From: Lophium mytilinum
Lineage: Eukaryota
Assembly (NCBI GenBank): GCA_010093605.1
Contig: MU004194.1
Coordinates: 378,156 to 442,155, forward strand
Length of the DNA stretch: 64,000 nucleotides
Reading direction: 5' to 3'
Shown here: positions 60,088-64,000 of the stretch, one piece after another
Numbering within the stretch: the stretch's first letter is position 1
Layout: every line of letters begins with the position of its first letter
Notes under the pieces: generated by a model
What the model was told of the DNA's origin: nothing
Database searches by the model: none
Seen by the model: only the letters and a program-made list of their open reading frames with translations
Translations under genes and position numbers: made by a program

Positions 60088-63000
60088 TCACGTAGATGAA
60101 CCTCTTCCCCCTCCGCTATCATCAGAGCCCCTACCACTACTTCTCGAGCTACCTCCATACGTTCCACTAGAAGACTGACTCCCCATCAAAGCAGCTTCAA
60201 GATTCGGCGCCGGGCTAGCCTCGCGCACAGTGATGCTCGGCGCCAATCCAATCGCCGGGATGAATCCATCCGGAATTGGTGGAAGGTGCGGACTTGGACT
60301 TACTGGGACCCGACTCCTAACTGCCTCTTCGTAAGCCTCGTAGAACTGGGTAAGAGCTAGCTTATCGGAGCAGAATCTCTCAATCTCGTCTTTGATCTCC
60401 TCGGGAGTTTGTAAGACCGCCTGCGGTGCCTTCTCGGCTAGCGCATGGAGAAAGGACGAATCTTGCACCGGACGTGCTAGCGGCGAGGATAGTGGTGACC
60501 GATGAGATGCCGTGTGTCGCTCTGAAGGGGTAGATCCTGTAGTATTTGTGCTACCAGGTCGTCTTTCGTATGGATCAGTCGGCTTGAACCTCGAGGCATC
60601 GCGAGATGCTGCGGCACGATTGTTGTAGAGTCGATTCGCGAGTAGCAAGAACTCGCCCTTGTCAGTGAGCTGCGCGATCAGGGTACCAGATTTGTGAATG
60701 TACTGTGTGAGTAGGTAGTCTGGTTTTCCCCAAGAATAGTTGACATCTACGTCAGAAGGAAACGCTTTTGCAGCCTCCATGTCCAGTACGAAGCCGAGTT
60801 TCCGTAAGAGAGCTTTGTGATATACGTGTTTGTCAGTCTTCACCTGTGGTCCCAATTGAGTTGTATCAAAATACTGCTCCGGCTGAGACTCTGGCGGTGC
60901 CTGTGCAAGACTAACGGTGTATGGGGAGCGGAATGGATGTGCATCGCGAATACTTGAGGCTTCCGCAATGGGCACCTCTACCAGCTTGAGGCCGTATTTC
61001 TCGATTGAGGTAGCCCAAGTGCTAATGGAATCCTCAATCAATTTTGCTGTAACGTTCATCCAGTCGATTCGAATGTGATAGCAGTTGTCAGGATTATGTA
61101 GGCGATCGTAGTGCAGATTTATAATCTCAGGCCGATACGAGCGTTTCCTAGGGTCTACATCGTAGCGCATCACTCGACTCAAAAACACGCTTCGTTTGGG
61201 AGTGCCTGCTCTCGTCGGCGTCTTTTCACCCTCGGCAGATCCGGCTGAATCTGCAGTGCTCGGACGCGACCTATTTGTGCGAGACGACATTGACGACGAC
61301 TTGGGTGGCTCGGTGAGCGGCGTCGAAGGCACAGATTTGTCTGAGCGACGGGTCCCAAACCATCCAGTCCTTGAATCTGGACGAGGAGCCCGATAGTCTT
61401 GGGCTATTTGGTAGAAGAAATTCCCGTCTCGAAATTGATGCTTCTTTTGGACGTGTTGAAACAGACCTTTAGTCATTAGCTGCTTCCCAAGCTCCACTGC
61501 CTCATCTCGTGTTTCGATATCTTTGAAATTCTGGAGTATCCAGCTAACAAAGTCGAAACCGATGAAGCAATGGTAATGCAGACGAAAATGCCATCTTCGA
61601 TCAACAATTGGGATGCCTTTCTCGCCCTGAAGATCTTCTGCTAATCTCCTAGCATCTATATTAGAGGTGGAATACTGTTCATTCTCAGAGAACAATTGAG
61701 TCGGAACGTCCGTAGGGTCTCCATCAACCAATAACGAGCTTTCTGGCCCAGCAGAAACTATCACAGACGGATCTCCGGTCCGGTACTCGATAGCAAGTGG
61801 ATTTGGGTCTTTCCGCTTCCTGTTCGAAGCCTGAAAATGACCTTCCTCTGGGGGCGTGTAGCGGAACCGCTGCCATATCTGGGTCAGCTTCCGGATTCCT
61901 TCTAGTCGAACTTCCTCCTCCGAATCCTCGCTAAGAAGAGGTAGTGGTCGACGACCGACTGAAGGTAGCTCAACTGGGATAAGAACAAAGCGAGCGCGCC
62001 AAAAGCGAAGAGAATCGGAGAATTCTTCGTGGTAGCCGGCAAGAAAAGTGTCGATGTAATTCCAATTGTACTCCCTTCTTGGAGGTTTCAAGGTGATGCG
62101 GCGGGCAATATACTCCTTCTCCAAAGCTGTGCGGACAAGCGGTTGGTAGAGTAGAGGTGAGTCTACCCCCGCAGATGTTTCTAGGGCTGTCGTCGGCTTT
62201 CGACTGAATCTTTTGATCTCGACTTCGCCGCCCGCAACACATACAAGTTGATGAATAGTGCTCCCTACGCACATGAAAACTGTGTCGCCATCATGCGACA
62301 TGTATTTGGGATCGAATATTCCAGCGATATCATGCTCACGTCCACCTGCAACCTCTGCAACTGCTCTTCCAACGACTATCTGGAACCCATGGGACAGCCT
62401 AAACGCGATGAGCTCCCGTATTAGAGACTCACGTGATTTCGGTGCCTCGGACATTTCGTCATCTTCGTTTTGGGTGATCTTGTATGGGTTCTCACTGTAT
62501 TCCGTTCTGAGCTGCTCAGGAGTAGGGAAATACTCATTAGTCAATGGAACCGCTGCAGGAGAGCAGAGTGACTTCCACTTAATCGCCGAAGCGCGAAGTG
62601 GCTTCGGGAAGACGTGCTGCCACCTACGGAACTGATTTGCAAGATTCATGTTGTTCTTCTTAGGATTACACGGATTGACCAGGACTAGCCAGGGCGAGAG
62701 TGCACTCGTTGGAGATAGGGTGCGTGGGATGTCGTGGGCACCACCGCTGGACGAGAGAGTAGGCTTCCGGCTAGCTTCCTTCGATCCGGCAGCAATCAGG
62801 AAGAGAGAATTCGGGTCTTTCGTGAGAGACTGCGGTTGGGCATTTGTACTTCCTGTATTTCCTGCTTTCGTACCATTGATGGTTTCTACCGACCTCGAAG
62901 CGTGTTCGGATGGAGAATGGGCTGGAACAGCGTTGGGGCGCAATGCTGCTTTGATGGCGATTGGTTGTGAAGGGCTTTCGATTTCTTGAGTCCTAGTACT

Positions 63001-64000
63001 TGCAAGTTTAGCAGCAATAGCTCCCTTTTGGTTGTTCTCTACTGTCATCTTGGTAGCTTCCGCCGTTCCTGAGGATACAGTAGCACTAGCGATAGATTTG
63101 GAAGCCCCAAATCCAAGGCCACCAAAACTAATCTGTCTTGATAACCATCCCGCTTGCCTAGGATTTGCATCAGACTTAGACTTCGTGGAACCGGCGGGGC
63201 TATGTTGAGGCTTTGAGGTTTGCGCTTGAGGTGTATGTGACAGTGATGCTTTACTATAAGCAGCATCTTTTGTACCTAGTCGTGAGTTCTGTGGAGATGA
63301 CACTGTGACTCGGGGTTGCACCCGACCGGCGTTCTCGTTTTCAGCAAGCTCGGACTTCGGTGGTATGCCTCCTTCTCCTTTTAGAGATGCAGGCCGTCGA
63401 AGAGATCGATAGCTGTCGAAGGCGTCGTGTCTGTACGATGAATCGGAGGGCCTGACACCCCCTGCACGTGATTGTGATTGGCGGCGCAGGGGTGACTCGG
63501 AGGTGTTGGAACGCTCCTTCATTAGCTGATGGAAGTTTGTTTCGGGTGGTGGCCGTGCGGAACTTCCAAGAGAAGTAATCGTTCCATTGAAAGATGCGGA
63601 GAGCAGAGAGTCCTTCGGAGCAGAATCATGTGGGTCCCCACTGTGCGACTGTGCCCAATCTTGCCCTGTTTTGAGGATTTTCTCCTCGGCAGCACGCTTT
63701 TCGGGCAGTGGCTTGAAGAGATTCTCATCGTACGTTTTCATCCATGTCGATTGTATATAGCGACCTTTTTGGAGGGAGCTTTCTGCTTGATTGTGATCGA
63801 CAGAGTTCTCACCCGCTGTTGATGCGGAACCGGGAAATACGATCGAGGGATCTGTGAAGCCGTTGTGCATTTCGGTCGCCTTATCAGAAAAGCCCCGAAG
63901 GGCGTAAGGAAACAATGGCTCTTCCTCCATGAATGGAATAGAGATGTTGCTGAGCTCGCTTTCCATGATTCCCATCATCTGCAGCTCGTACATCCTGCAT
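60088..64000 (-). CDS. IML1: Iml1/Sea1/DEPDC5 subunit of SEACIT/GATOR1; 5' part beyond the window edge
   Basis: RWQHVFP; KWKSLCSPAAVPLT.EYFP; RLSHGFQ; YNWNYID; FWRARFVLIP; DEP domain DRRWHFRLHYHCFIG..FRDGNFFY; HYDRLHNPDNCYHIRIDW; QYIHKSG. Frame open to the edge. Confidence 0.95.
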   Translation of the reverse strand, partial: CRMYELQMMGIMESELSNISIPFMEEEPLFPYALRGFSDKATEMHNGFTDPSIVFPGSASTAGENSVDHNQAESSLQKGRYIQSTWMKTYDENLFKPLPEKRAAEEKILKTGQDWAQSHSGDPHDSAPKDSLLSASFNGTITSLGSSARPPPETNFHQLMKERSNTSESPLRRQSQSRAGGVRPSDSSYRHDAFDSYRSLRRPASLKGEGGIPPKSELAENENAGRVQPRVTVSSPQNSRLGTKDAAYSKASLSHTPQAQTSKPQHSPAGSTKSKSDANPRQAGWLSRQISFGGLGFGASKSIASATVSSGTAEATKMTVENNQKGAIAAKLASTRTQEIESPSQPIAIKAALRPNAVPAHSPSEHASRSVETINGTKAGNTGSTNAQPQSLTKDPNSLFLIAAGSKEASRKPTLSSSGGAHDIPRTLSPTSALSPWLVLVNPCNPKKNNMNLANQFRRWQHVFPKPLRASAIKWKSLCSPAAVPLTNEYFPTPEQLRTEYSENPYKITQNEDDEMSEAPKSRESLIRELIAFRLSHGFQIVVGRAVAEVAGGREHDIAGIFDPKYMSHDGDTVFMCVGSTIHQLVCVAGGEVEIKRFSRKPTTALETSAGVDSPLLYQPLVRTALEKEYIARRITLKPPRREYNWNYIDTFLAGYHEEFSDSLRFWRARFVLIPVELPSVGRRPLPLLSEDSEEEVRLEGIRKLTQIWQRFRYTPPEEGHFQASNRKRKDPNPLAIEYRTGDPSVIVSAGPESSLLVDGDPTDVPTQLFSENEQYSTSNIDARRLAEDLQGEKGIPIVDRRWHFRLHYHCFIGFDFVSWILQNFKDIETRDEAVELGKQLMTKGLFQHVQKKHQFRDGNFFYQIAQDYRAPRPDSRTGWFGTRRSDKSVPSTPLTEPPKSSSMSSRTNRSRPSTADSAGSAEGEKTPTRAGTPKRSVFLSRVMRYDVDPRKRSYRPEIINLHYDRLHNPDNCYHIRIDWMNVTAKLIEDSISTWATSIEKYGLKLVEVPIAEASSIRDAHPFRSPYTVSLAQAPPESQPEQYFDTTQLGPQVKTDKHVYHKALLRKLGFVLDMEAAKAFPSDVDVNYSWGKPDYLLTQYIHKSGTLIAQLTDKGEFLLLANRLYNNRAAASRDASRFKPTDPYERRPGSTNTTGSTPSERHTASHRSPLSSPLARPVQDSSFLHALAEKAPQAVLQTPEEIKDEIERFCSDKLALTQFYEAYEEAVRSRVPVSPSPHLPPIPDGFIPAIGLAPSITVREASPAPNLEAALMGSQSSSGTYGGSSRSSGRGSDDSGGGRGSST

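Overview
Gene-dense window of a filamentous ascomycete (Pezizomycotina) nuclear genome. The evidence is short (mostly 48-60 nt) GT-AG introns with CTRAY branch points and typical fungal protein families. I can support about 25 protein-coding genes; the ORF track splits most of them at introns. The left and central ~41 kb is accessory and metabolic: HeLo-like N-terminal protein (cut by the edge), small catalase-like heme protein, OGFr-domain protein, VHS/GAT protein, GPI proteins, SDR plus Baeyer-Villiger monooxygenase, DHA1 MFS, PEBP, F-box-like protein, isochorismatase, a bacterial-type TesI-like 3-ketosteroid delta4-(5alpha)-dehydrogenase, JEN1-type transporter, S28 peptidase, PHO8 and a Clr5-domain protein. 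The right ~22 kb is housekeeping: DCC1, BUD3, CCT1, prolyl-tRNA synthetase, FNIP/LST4 and IML1 (cut by the edge). I found no supportable tRNA, rRNA, transposon or CRISPR. Best leads: (1) the TesI-like dehydrogenase, apparently joined to a mitochondrial-type presequence through a GC-AG intron; (2) adjacent genes for the two opposing Rag/Gtr GAP complexes (IML1 and FNIP/LST4); (3) a spliced, in-frame, non-AUG N-terminal extension of ProRS; (4) a TATA-driven spliced unit at 7.1-7.7 kb with no credible protein; (5) a catalase relative with the Thr-His distal signature of fatty-acid-hydroperoxide enzymes. All family calls come from motif recognition by eye; no searches were run.
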